A stretch of DNA of 64,000 nucleotides, taken from NCBI GenBank assembly GCA_030248215.1, contig JASANG010000273.1, forward strand, positions 124,001 through 188,000, in the 5' to 3' direction. Source of the DNA: Enoplolaimus lenunculus (taxonomy: Eukaryota). Positions within the stretch are counted from its first letter, which is position 1. Every line of letters starts with the position of its first letter. Shown here piece by piece: positions 1 through 13,091 of the stretch. The translations under genes and the position numbers were made by a program. The notes below the pieces were generated by a model. The model saw nothing but the letters and a program-made list of their open reading frames with translations, did no database searches and was not told the origin of the DNA.

Positions 1-781
1 TATTAGTTTAAAACCAGATACCGGTTTATAAGAGAACACAATGTTGTACATTTCCGATAACTGCCAAGGTACCACTTTCACTATAAACCCGTAAAAAATA
101 TCAACCGTCAGAATTTTAAGCTCTTAAAGCCACACCATACGGTTATGTTTCTAAACGTTTCGTCAAATAATTTCTAGCAAAAGTAAAGCTTTTAGTGATC
201 TCAAATAAATAGAATTTCTTAAAAATTCAAATTTGGGTGCACCTACAATGATCAGGTGAAGTCAAGAGAAACACAAATGAACATATTACAATTCAAATCT
301 TTAATATTTTTCAGTGAATACCAATTGCCTGGCTACGCTGAAAAATATTTAGCAAACTGTTAAGTAAAAATAACGCAAACAGTTGTAACTTTTTGCTAAT
401 TTCCTAACACAATGAAATTTATTGCATTACAATTCAAAATTGTAGCGTAAACAGCAGAGCGCAAAGCGGAATTGAATTATATCGGAATGGTAATCGGAAC
501 TACAAGTGTTGTGACTATACGGATAATTTGTAGTAACAAATTTAATATTGATTTACGGTGTCTGTTTGTTGGAAACAATTTTCAAGAACGTCATTGAAGA
601 AATTGGCGATGATTTCTTGGTTCTGTAAAACTTACCTACAATCAATTATTGTTATTTTCAAAATAAAACAGTACTTCATCAGTGTGTTCAGATGTTGAGA
701 TCTAGAGAACTTTTTTGCAACATATCACAACACCCCAAGTAGGATTGAAATTAAAATTTCAAAATTGCAATTTCGATTTTA

Positions 782-976
782 CTGGTAAACAGTAACACTA
801 ATCAAAATCGTAATTTTGGTTGTATCCTAATAAACAGTAACACTAAACGGAATCGAAATTCCGATTGCTCCCTGGTAAACAGTAACACTAAACGGGATCG
901 GAGTTCAGGTTTGCACCCTGAAACAGTAACACAAAACTGGATTGGAATTCAGGTTGCACCCTGGTAAACAGTAACA
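782..976. repeat. Degenerate minisatellite, ~45-bp unit, ~4.5 copies
   Basis: Recurrent ctggtaaacagtaacactaaacggaatcg-like units at about 782, 827, 871, 918 and 961. Confidence 0.8.
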
Positions 977-1499
977 ATTTTTTACCAAATGTCTTCGTTT
1001 TTCAAACTTATTCCTACAGGCAATCAATACCAACCTATCAAAAAACGGTGAAAGCAGCCAAAACATAAACTCTTAGCTTAAACTTTTCAGTTTGTCTGGT
1101 TCAGTTCGACGTCAAAAACCACAAAAGAAAATAGCCAAAAGATTAATAGTGAAACGTTTACATACCTGTCAACCTCACGAAAGAACCTGATTGGCTTTTA
1201 AATATACAAAACAAGGAAACGGTTCAAATGATTCAAGGCGTAAAACCTGCTCGACCCAAGGGCGTCCCCACAGGACAGGGGCATTGGGGGGCCGAGCCGC
1301 CTTCCAAATTCTGCTGGTGTTCTCCAAATAGATTGGGTCTAAAAGTAAATAATCTTGAACTGAAATTGTAAGGGCCCCAAAATTATACGGTGTCTCTCAA
1401 ATATAATTTTCCGCGGACGTTCTTGGTTTGACGTGGTAAGGTCAACGTCGTTTGAAGACAAATATTGACATCGGTTAAACATTTAGCTAGACCGGTAGC

Positions 1500-1682
1500 C
1501 AGCGGCGGATTCTGAAATTTCTGACAACGGGCGGCTGGCAAAAGTTATGGAACACAATTTTTACTGTATGCTATATGTGAGTCATTTTTCTGACGGAGAA
1601 AAGTTGTAAGGTAGGGATCGTGCCATGTTATCACAAAAAATTTTCCGACGGCGGCATACGCCCGCCTCTGGATCCGCTAGTG
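1500..1682. mobile_element. hAT-like MITE, family A (CAGCGGCGGAT...ATCCGCTAGTG)
   Basis: Short TIRs; the internal body is shared with copies at ~9150-9314 (reverse), 32235-32397, 55558-55745 and 62266-62451. Confidence 0.7.
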
Positions 1683-2828
1683 CCCTTAGCAAGTCCCTCC
1701 CCTAAAACCAGTTTGGCCTGTCTGAAAAACGTATGGCCCCATCCTGGCGTGTGTCTCTGATATTGTTCCGGCAGCCCACTGACGAATCCATGAAAGCCCA
1801 TCGACAACAGCACCCGGCGGCCACCAGGTATGAAAACCAAAATTTAACATTAAGATTTAGTAATAAAAATGCGTTTATATCGCGTTCCTACCCTGTATCT
1901 TTTTGAATTCGCTACAGACTTGGCTCTACTCCGCATTACGGCGACTCCTGGTTTGCCAAAATGTCAAAAACAGTTAACATTTGCGTCAATGCTGTAATCT
2001 ATCTTCATACAGTCTGAGAGACTGGCTTAAAATCAGCTTATAACGTTCGAACCTCGAAAGCGTACAACTACCTGTAGATATTTTAAGGCAAACATTAAAA
2101 AAACTTCCTGTAAAAGACAAACTGCAGAAAAATATCATTTATTGAGTGATATTGAGGGGTGGGGGTAACAGCCAGGCGGACTGTAGGTAAAATGAGCCAA
2201 CAACCAATAAGGGGACTGCTTAAAAATATAATATAATATAATATAATATAATATAATATATATATAAATTAAAAAAATCGTTTCAGGAGGGTTTTTGAAT
2301 TTATACGAGGTAATGAGTTGACTATCGTATACAGAGGGACATCAATTGAGCTGTATTCAGGTGGAAATTGCTGAATTTGTGTAGAATTAGTCGGCTACGC
2401 GGCAGTAGGGTTTGCAATAGAAAGTCAAGGTGGCTGTATACTTCTTAATAATTTGAATGACATCGTGTATGGACAATCGCCATCCGTCATCATTCGTACT
2501 GTGCGGTATCGTACGCGAGTTAGTCGAGCTCACGTAACAGCATTACAAAATGACGAACGATGACAGACGGTGACGTACGACGACGGGCAGCGTCACACGA
2601 CAAGTATAGTTACAACCGTAGGGTGGTGCTATACTTTTGATAAGGTCCGGTGTTGTCAATCACTTCCGGTGTTGTCAGTCACCGTATCACAACACATGTG
2701 GATTGCCTCATGGCACAACATCATATTAATTTGTAAAATTCATTTCATCCAATCTAAATTTCTCGGTATGCCGCTGCTAATGTTTACTACTGTAACGAGT
2801 AACGACCCAAGTAAAAGGGGGAGATAAT

Positions 2829-3047
2829 GCAGCATTCACATTAATAAATTTTGCTGTGCCACCGGGAATGACATGAGGCAGGGTTAACGAGTGGCAATTT
2901 TTAAAGTGACACGACATAGGGTAGGGTTATATTGAAAATTTGTGGTAAGGTAGGGTTAACGAGTGGCAATTTTAAAAATTGGCACTCGTTAACCCTACCT
3001 CATGTCATTCCCGGTGGCACAGCAAAATTTATTAATGTGAATGCTGC
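2829..3047. mobile_element. Young hairpin MITE with ~75-bp near-perfect TIRs
   Basis: GCAGCATTCACATTAATAAATTTTGCTGTGCCACCGGGAATGACATGAGG... and its reverse complement; flanked by the direct repeat ATAAT (or TAA if the TIRs extend one base). Confidence 0.85.
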
Positions 3048-6000
3048 ATAATAAAGAGGCCGAAGTCGCTAATTTGAGTCTGAATCAATATTAGTCTGTA
3101 TCCCTAATTACAGTCCGTAAACAGATAGAATCCAAAATTACTGATACACAAACGTTAGCTATTCTAATTTAAATGCTTCCTGGGCTAAATTCAGTTCAGA
3201 AAAGAGTTCATTCAAATTAAAATAATATTATTACCTATACTCATAGCAGCATATTCAGGGCTTTAAAGCCAATCGGTACCCTCTGAAGAGGCACAATAAA
3301 TATCAGTCAACCCGTCTTATCCGCATCACTACATTTTATCAACTTCAACTCGTGAATAAAATATCCTCCAACACTGAAAGTATCTAAAACAGAAGCTATC
3401 TCAGCCATGAATACTACTGTTCGACAGTTTATACACTGATTTAAAAAAATCAGTTCAAATTCTAAATCAAAAACTGTCTAAGTAACCGAGTTTAGTAGTG
3501 TGTTTAGACAACAAAACTAAACCCAACCAGAGCGTAAGTAGCACGCCAATAACTTTTTCAATAAACTTACAATCAATATATACATACATATATACATACG
3601 TATATATACATATATAAGAAAACGAAAGCGGGTCCTAAGCACAAACCGCATATCGGCTAAAGGCAAATACAGTAAGTATGTCATTTCGGAAGGGTATAAC
3701 CTAATGTAAAAATGGATTTGCCACCGAGTGACGTGAGCCAGAAAACGTCTTCAATCGCAAGAATCTAGAAAGTTATTCTAAAACCAGTTAAACGTGCTTG
3801 TTTTTCTTGTCTGTCCAGAAATTTGAGGACATTTATTTCCCCTTTGTATGCGCTGCTTGGACGAATACTACAGTCGAGCATGACCAGAGACTTAAGACTA
3901 AAAATTAAAAGGACAAAACCAAATATATATTTGTATATCCAGCCTGTATATAATCAATCACTCGTATCTGCAGAATTTCATAAAGCTAATCGGAGGTAGT
4001 GGGAAAATGACACGTGGGCTAATAATACTTAAAGCAGTATGCACAGGCGTTCCTAAAATTTGAATTTGTGATAGACGGGGCAACATTGTAAAAGGACGAC
4101 AATATTGATTCTTTAAGATAGAATTGGTAAACTGTTACCGATTGCTCAATAAGACAGTGTTTTTACTTGACCTAAAAACGCTTTCATCATGGGGGTGGCA
4201 TCTTTGTATCCCCCATCACTTTGCACCCCATGTTAACTTAAGCACCATAATAAAAAATCACTATAGTTACAAGCATTCGGGAGAGTGAGTTTTACTACTG
4301 GCTCTTGTAAAGGTTTGGGGTGGAACGTTTTTCTGCGGGACTGCAATGGAGCAAGTTTTTTACACAAATTTTTTTGCTTAGGTTTCGTCTTAGGCTTAAG
4401 CTTACGCTTAGGTGCAACCACATTGGTACGCTTAGGTATAGGTTTAGGTTTAGGCATAGGCTAAGGAATACGCTTATATTACTGTTACGGCCCTGATCTA
4501 TATATTGGCTTAATTTACTTAGGCCACCGTATCAAGTTATTGAGCGCTTTTAAAAAATATATATGTATATATGTATATATATGTATATATTGCTGTAATA
4601 TTTTTTGAGGCTCATATAATAAATATTAAGAGCTTTCTGCAAGCTTCTACGTGTATTAGATAAGCTACACGAGGCGATCGAACACTAATTTACCGGATGC
4701 TGGAAGAGGATAGTGTACAATTTTGCACCGGGACCAAATGTTAACCGGATATGGCAACTAAATTTGTGCACACAGAAGTGTTTGAGCCACGCATGACCCT
4801 ATATATGTTTACTGAATTAAAATTAATCGTTACCTTGAAATGTTTTGCTTTTACTACAAAATTACGCTTCTTGATCTGCCCAAAAATGCAATCGCAACAA
4901 AATGTTTAATAATATTTGTAGTCCAAAAATCAATTTGATGATATTCAGGAGCACAACCAGTAAATATCCGGGTAGGCGGATAAAATCGCGCTAACATTAA
5001 CATCATAGGCCGATTTTTTTCGCCAAAGCAAGCCTGAACCTAAACCAAAGAGTTTGCACTCCTAAAAGCAACATGGGCCGTAGTTTTATAATTCTTAACA
5101 TATTCGGCTTTTTTCAGTAAAGAAACGAGGCGAAATAATATGCTCAAGTATATATATTCAAGTATAGATTAGTGGAGGTCACAGGGGGGAAGGGTGGGGT
5201 GGGGTTAACTCGCAGTTAATTTTTTAAAACAAATGATATATAGAAATCAATATATATGTATATATATAAATATATATAAATATATATAAATCAATATTTA
5301 CGTATATATACATATATACAAATACATATTTATTTATTTATTTATTCATATTTATATTTATTGGCTCCTATTACCACAGCACATGACACTGTCATTAAAA
5401 CACAGCATGGTGGCTTAAAATTATTAAATTTTTAATAATTAAACAAACGTTTCTCAAACGATAGCGGCTGTGTCTTTAAAACATGCTGTCAATGCTACGA
5501 TCAACCTTTACAAGAGATAAATTTTCATGGGGAACACGGATGCGTACACAAGATGAAGATTGAAATGAATTTGAAAGCAATATATCCTGTCTCGAAATTT
5601 CTCGAGACAGTTAACCACAAGGGAATCCCATCCCCATGACATCCCTGGCGATTAGATATTGTTTAATGAAACGAATCCGATGGTAGGCCCTTTATGATTC
5701 ATGAACTTAAGCATTAGTTTTTTGGTTTCATTGTCCATGACACTTCCCCCTGAAAAGTTACCTGGTGTACGCATGATACTGTCAAAGTTGCATAACTTAA
5801 TTTCTGTACGCCCTGGAATACCCGTGGTTTAGTTGACAATTAACCAGTGAAAATGCATTTAGCTCTTGTACATATTTCTAACGCTGGTACAATTAAAGCT
5901 TAGGCTGAGCTCAGGGATCGACCAGCTATTAATTTATCGAGTTAACGAAACCGGAGCCGGTAGTAAATATTTACCAAAACCGGAACCGGATATTAACAGA

Positions 6001-8552
6001 GTATATTCATATCTAAATAGCCATTATAGTTTTTAAAAACATGAGAATTTTATTTTTGCACAAAAATAGGTCATTTTTAATTCAAAAGCTTACGTTGTAC
6101 TCTAAATCGTCTATTCTTTAATTTCAACTTTATTCAAAAGCTAACTTTTAATTAATTCCTAAGCCGATATAGTATGTCATAGACTGGCGCCAGGCTAAGC
6201 AGTTTGATCTGTTCCGGCTTATAGCGACGTGATGTTTAGTTATCTAAACGGAACTAAAGAACTCACAAAATTTAGCAAAGACAGCACCAGTCAAATTGAT
6301 GAACATCGCGCGAACACGTTTCCTGCATAATTTGACCCTAGCTCGACGCGTGTCACAAACCTGTGTTTGTGACACGTACCGAAATTGGGACCACGGAAAA
6401 TTTTCGTTCAAGTAGGGATAACCAGTGGCTGTTAGCGCTGGGGTACGACACGTTTTGTGCATCGTCCGATTGTGAACGGCGCATCATTAGGTATGAAAGA
6501 TCGAGAAACAAAACCGGGATTTTGAAAAAATAGAATTTGTTTTAAAATTTAAACATAGAAGCTTAAAATTAGCACAAACACTACAGAAACTCTTATATAT
6601 GTGCTGCGAAATAAACAAATCGAATCCGTTAATAATAAGCCACATCTGAGATAAAATAGAAAATGGTCATGCGATAAAGCATTAAACCATTACGATTCTT
6701 TTTTACATTAAAATCTGAAACTTGCATTACCAAACCAGGTTATTGTTAGCTTTTAACCTAATCCATAGTAAAATAAGGTCAACAAAAAGCAGTGTTTAGA
6801 ACAATAAAAACAAAACACAAAACTCGACGTTCTGAGTCAAAATGAGTGCTATGAAACTAAACGCACAGTCTCAAGTATTAAGAAGCCACAAAATTTTCAT
6901 AGACCGCGGTCGATTTTTGCTGTTCGTTAGTTATATTATGAATTTTAATGAAAAAATGAAATATAAAAGATAAGTAATTTTTCTGCCCTGAGCGATTTCC
7001 TTATACAAACGGACACACAATATATAGACATATAAATACATACATATATATTTATATATATGTATATATGTATATATACAAGTTTAACGCACGGATTTAG
7101 CTCAAAATATTGAATTTGCATAGCCCTGTAGTAGAATGGCAACAAAAGTTCGGAATCGGTTTGAGATTTGGCAAAAACTGAAAATTCGGAATTCAATTCA
7201 GTTTCGAAAAAGCCCAATCTAGCAAGGTTCGCAAATACCTGTACTGTTAGCGAAATTGAGTTGAAACACACTGAATCCGTTTGTGAAAACTTTTAGTATT
7301 TGTGGCTCGAAGCTCAATCCATGTTTAAATGAAATTTTGTTTCGATGATATTTCAAAATTCACGGTGTTCAACAGTTTTAAATTATAATTTATTACTTTC
7401 GAAATTAAAATCATGGGCTACGTCGCTTGCGACAAATGGAAAACATTGCCTGTCATTCCTGGCTACGTTCCCGAATCAGCTTTTGCAAGCAGCACCGCCC
7501 ACTCAAACGACAGTTCAACAAAGATATTACCTTTCGAATTAGTGTTCGGCTAAAATACTCTGCGATGCAACTAGGAAGACTGGCTAATGTTATTAGTATT
7601 AATCTGGCAAATAAAGCTGTAGGATTCCGTAAATTGAATATAAAAAACCCAACAAAAGCGTATATACAGAAACCAAACTTTAGTAGAAAAAATGCCTAAG
7701 GTTTGAAGACCGCATAGTTGGCATAGTTTGATGAACCACGTGCCCGTTTACTCGATTGCAGGCTTAAATTGGTTTGAATTTTAAAACACCAATGCGAAGT
7801 TCGCATCCCAGGTTGTAAATATTAATATGCCGTTCCTGAGATTATTATCTTCGGATGCACAGACGAACGGACATTTATTTTTCGGCCTTCTGATTACAAA
7901 ACAAAAAACGCTTTGGCAAAACTCTGAGCTTTGCTCGAAGTTTCTGTTCACTTAACATTAACATTTAGTGTCGAAATTGAACACATTTGATACAAAATCT
8001 ACCTTTGGCATCTCGATGGTTTCGCTCGCGAGAATTTTTCCAACTTCTATAAATGGGGCTCTCAAATGGGTGGATCCTTGAAAGCAAGCTTCAGTATTGT
8101 GATTTTAAAAAATATGGTTGGCTTGGTTCGCGGTCGCTCCACTCACCTGTATTTCATTATATTTTGCGATCTTCAGTAAATTTCCTTGCACATTCTCACC
8201 CCTCAAATTCCCACGTGCGTCCCTCAGAAATTTATGGATCCGCCACTGTCACCTGCCCCCTATCCGAAAACAATGATTGCGCTACTGTATTTCCTATGTA
8301 CGATTTGATGGGAGGCATCCATTATAAAAAGGCTGGGCCTTGCTCCATAATGAGCTAGAGAGTCGAAAAAGGGTACTGAAAGCTCCTTGTACAATTGTCT
8401 TCATTTTTAGATAGAACTACCGGACACATCTGACCCACACGACCTCAAACTGTTGGAAGGTGGGGAGATGGCTTGACCTCGATGACTTGACCTCCACGTA
8501 TGTTTCGAAACAAATCAATCGATATATAAACTGATAACTTTGACATAAGACA

Positions 8553-8696
8553 GGGTTGCGCTATACTTTACTGTACCGGACGTTGTTGCGCGCCGCCGAA
8601 CGCTGCTATGCGTTGCTAACCAGAATAGACGCAAAATCTATTTGGTGGCGTGCGCGCGATTGCGTCCGGCAATGTGAGGCGACTATACCTCAACCG
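8553..8696. mobile_element. Harbinger/Tourist-like MITE (GGGTTGCGCTATACTT TIR family)
   Basis: Left TIR matches the copies at 41279, 43654 and 53412; internal atctatttggtggcgtgcg is shared with 53412-53497. Confidence 0.65.
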
Positions 8697-10133
8697 TACC
8701 TGTGATATGATCGTTAATAGTGGTTTGACCACCAGTTGCCGTTTGTCATCTGAGCTCAAACAACACTTCCTAATAACCCAATGGAAATTATTGCGTGTAA
8801 ATCATACCAAGGTATTCAAAAATTAATTTTTTCCTCCTGAGAATAAGTTAATTCCGGAATTTCATTGGATCTGAAGGCAGCATTGAACCACTTCTGCTAT
8901 GGTACATGTTTATATGTGTATATTAACAAATAAAAAAATCTAGAAAAAAGTTACGTTCTTTCCAACCAAAACAATTAACTAAAAAATTTCACCTTGGCTG
9001 TTTTATGTGCGTTGTATCGTCGAAAGTATTTATTCAGCTTAAAAACACATTTACACGCGTTTGAAAAAAAATTTATTCAACACGAATAAAAAAGATTATT
9101 AGTCAATATTCGGTCATAACAGTTCCAGTATCACCTGAATAATGCGTCAGGCGGCAGATGTGGCGTACGCAGCCCATCAGAAAATTGATTGCGATAAAAT
9201 GGTAAGGTCGGGCCTCACAATTTTTCCTATTCAGAAAATTGGCACACATGTAGCATACAGTAAAAGTTGCCTTTCATAACTTTTGACCCCGTCAGAAATT
9301 TCTGGATCCGCCGTTGTTCACAATAATAGTAAAAAGTCTAAAATTTCAGGCAGTCACCAGCTATATTTATGGTAGGATTATTTTAGAATGGGCCACTGGA
9401 ATGGCACGGACGCCAGAACGATTTTTTGACACCCCCCACCTCCCAACACCTATGCCAACGAGTGCCTGGGCGACGATATGTATTCAAAAACTGTAATTCT
9501 GACTTTTACTGCCGTAAGCACATGAACATTTTGAATTGGGCAATTTCAATGTGAAGAATAAAGTTTATATATTCATCAGCATTTATACGTTCAAAAATGT
9601 TCCGATCACCACCAACAAAATGTATACAGTGAAAGTCTTGAAACAATGATTTGAACTTAAAAAGTTGGTTTCCAAGTCGGGATCGAAATCAGGTATCAAC
9701 TTTCAAAATTTCTGGCACTACTCAAAAAAGGCACTTTTACAGGCTTTAGGATGACCTAATGTACTTTAAATGGTGGCTACGTACTGATCAGCACAAACGT
9801 CTGAACACAAAGTAATTTTGGGTCTTTACGGTTCACTAGCTACATGACTATCAATCAAATACTGACAGCTCCATAGACGGGGGGACACCGATCTCTGGCC
9901 TCCAACAAGGATTAAAATGAACAATTTGTACTGAGAACAAACACTAAAATGGCGTTCAGCTTTTTGTTTCCTTCGCGTGCGAGTTTTTCCGTTTGGATAT
10001 TTCTGAATCCGCCACAGCAAGCAAAATTGCACTGCAAACGTCAAGCGAACCAATCTAAAAGTTTAGGCCCAAAGATTAAGGTTTATAGTACAGTTATATA
10101 AACGGAATAGATCCAAATTTTAAATACGTACCG

Positions 10134-11114
10134 AAGAATCTAAATTCCTAACGTAAGAATCTAAATTCCTAACGTAAGAATCTAAATTCCTAACGTAAGA
10201 ATCTAAATTCCTAACGTAAGAATCTAAATTCCTAACGTAAGAATCTAAATTCCTAACGTAAGAATCTAAATTCCTAACGTAAGAATACTAAAGTCCTCCC
10301 GACCCCTAAGAATCTAAATTCCTAACGTAAGAATCTAAATTCCTAACGTAAGAATCTAAATTCCTAACGTAAGAATCTAAATTCCTAACGTAAGAATCTA
10401 AATTCCTAACGTAAGAAATTCCTAACTTCCTAACGTAAGAATCTAAATTCCTAACGTAAGAATCTAAATTCCTAACGTAGAACGTAAGATATAAATTCCT
10501 AACGTAAGAATCTAAATTCCTAACAGTAAATTACGAATCTAAATTCCTTAACGTAAGAATCTAAATTCCTAACGTAAGAATCTAAATTCCTAACGTAAGA
10601 ATCTAAAAAAAAAAAATTCCTAACGTAAGAATCTAAATTCCTAACGTAAGAATCTAAATTCCTAACAAGGTAAGAATCAAAAAAAAAGAAGATAAATTCC
10701 AAAAAGATAACGGAAAGTAAGAATCTTAATTCCTAACGTAAGAATCTAAATTCCTAACGTAAAAATTAAAAAAAAAAAAAAAAACAAACAAACAAAATTA
10801 AAAAAAAATTCCTAACGTAAGAATCTAAATTCCTAACGTAAGAATCTAAATTCCTAACGTAAGAATCTAAATTCCTAACGTAAGAATCTAAATTCCTAAC
10901 GTAAGAATCTAAATTCCTAACGTAAGAATCTAAATTCCTAACGTAAGAATCTAAATTCCTAACGTAAGAATCTAAATTCCTAACGTAAGAATCTAAATTC
11001 CTAACGTAAGAATTTACTTTAGTAATTATGTTTTTTCCTAACTTAAGAATCTAAATTCCTAACGTAAGAATCTAAATTCCTAACGTAAGAATCTAAATTC
11101 CTAACGTAAGAATC
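10134..11114. repeat. Tandem array of the 21-bp unit AAGAATCTAAATTCCTAACGT (~1 kb) with noisy interruptions
   Basis: Directly visible exact repeats, interrupted by poly-A and garbled units at about 10600-10810. Confidence 0.97.
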
Positions 11115-12328
11115 AATTCCAACAAAAGACACCAAACCAACACCCACAACACTCCCAAAACACCCCCCAAACACCCCCACCCGCCCCCCCCCCCACTGAA
11201 GGTTCCCGCTTCAGTTCAGATACTTGGAATACATTTAGCACCAGAAGCACTAACTAAAAGAAACTTTACGTATTTCAGCATCTCAGGACATTCCCTGATC
11301 ATTTCACACCCAAATTTTGATTTGGTTAACGACTTATTGATTTGGTAAGCTACCCACGATTTGTGATGACGCCAAATCAGTTATTTGACAATAACTCACA
11401 AACCAAATGTCTGATTGTGACAAATTTAGCACCATTTGACTCAGCTCGGCAAGCTGCATCGAATGATGTATAAATTATATAACTTGAACCATTTCTAGGC
11501 CCCAAGCAAAGATGACGACCTAGGAAATTTAAGCGTGAAATAATCAGAAAAGGTCATAAGCAGCTTAAATACGCAAAACACCGGTTTTATACCCAAAAAG
11601 ACCGTATTTTTGTTCCGAATACTTTTTCTTAGTGGTTCTCTATTGACGTTTCATACATCAATGTGGCGTAGAATTGGCCGCCAAAAAGTATTCTGGGAGC
11701 TTGAGGCATATCCTCTCACTCCCTTGCAGAATAACGATCCTGTCAACGTATCCACTGCTAAAGAAAACTGCCAATGACTGCTAGAGGCGTCCCGTTTGCT
11801 GACGCGATCGAAAATCAGGAGTACAATTAAGCACTCGACAAAGTTTTTTGGTTAGTTCTAGGCTTAGGTTACCGTTTTACGCCCATGAACGATGTTACTT
11901 TTACGGCTGTACCGGTTTGTGGTGGGACTGTAAAAAAGTAGACTTAGATTTTAGTCGAATTTTTTGCTAAGCTTTATAGGTGCATACGTTTTTTCAACGC
12001 TTAGGCTTTAGCTTAGGCTTAGGAGTATGCTTATTGTACTGTTACGGCCCTAAAAGTAACATTGGCCGAAGCAATACTGGCCAAGAAACGATTAATAAAC
12101 AACGAAAACTTACAAGTTTTGATGTTGGAGTTGTTCTTTGTGAGCAAATATATTATAATCAGTACGACATAACGCTTCATCAACTACTATTTCTGGTACA
12201 CGTAGCATTATTAATATAACCAGCTATTTTATATCATAACCATTACCAATAGAAGAATTCTGTTATCCAATTAAGTAGTTTCCTACAATAACTTGCGTAC
12301 ACCATGTCACAATTTTTGCACTTAGTCC

Positions 12329-12404
12329 TATTTGAAAAAATTTTCCATCCACGAGAATAAGTTTGGTATTTGAAAAAATTTTCCATCCACGAGAATAAGT
12401 TTGG
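12329..12404. repeat. Exact 38-bp direct duplication
   Basis: tatttgaaaaaattttccatccacgagaataagtttgg occurs twice in tandem. Confidence 0.9.
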
Positions 12405-12912
12405 GCTTATTTTAGACCACAAATGCAATTTTCACAATATCACGCGCAAGCCAGGTAACTTTTGAGTGGGTAGTGTACTGGATAATGAAGCTTTCTTGGT
12501 TTCTGTACTTATCCGGAACGCTCTATTGCAAAAAAGCTTCTGTATACTGAATACGGAAGCCAAAATGTTTCAATCTACGGGATACTGAAGCTATTTAGTT
12601 TCAGTGTGCTGGACATTGGAGCTTTTTTGGTTGCAGTGTCTATCATACAACCCCGTCAAATGTTACCTGGTGTACGCATGATATTGTGGAAGTTGCATAA
12701 CATGTCTGAATTTTTCCGGCTCCTAAGTAACATTTTGAGCAAACTACAGACCTGATTTTGTTAACAATTGCAATATGTAAGCCGGTCGTTGCACTTAAAG
12801 CATATTAAACTAGTAATTTTGGTAATTTTTCGAAATAAAATTACAATTTGTCATAACTATAAAAACCTAAAATGTAATAATTTCCGTGAATGCTGCATTT
12901 TTAATTCTATAT

Positions 12913-13091
12913 CCGGGGCCGGAGCAGCCACCCCCAATACCCCCATTTGGGGGCCCCCACCCTAACCGGTTGAAACAAAAACCGCTTAAGTTTTAAAATG
13001 CGTCTGGCTTCTCGCTCGCTTCGCTCGCGAGTTTGGGGACCCCCACCCTGGAATTTGGGGAGAGCTCCCAACCCTGCCTACTCCGGCACTG
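12913..13091. mobile_element. GC-rich MITE (GGGCCGGAGCAG...CTACTCCGGCACTG)
   Basis: Imperfect TIRs; a closely related partial copy lies at ~61027-61145. Confidence 0.65.

Noticed and set aside
1893..1936. Possible short first exon MRSRAKSVANSKRYR with a GTAGGA donor
   Set aside because: Too short, weak donor and no homology support.
4233..4457. KP-repeat ORFs (also 17300-17536 and 34794-34976)
   Set aside because: Translations of GCCTAA hexamers in MITEs.
4370..4470. True telomere or chromosome end
   Set aside because: TTAGGC tracts are short, degenerate, in both orientations and embedded in dispersed elements.
6244..6480. Possible homology with 17460-17780 (similar RVRxxFIN translations)
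   Set aside because: Similarity is too weak to establish by eye; at most an old dispersed repeat.
10134..11114. CRISPR-like array, or the LDSYVRN-repeat ORF (10520-10702)
   Set aside because: Units are contiguous with no unique spacers and there are no cas genes; the ORF is a by-product of the 21-bp period.
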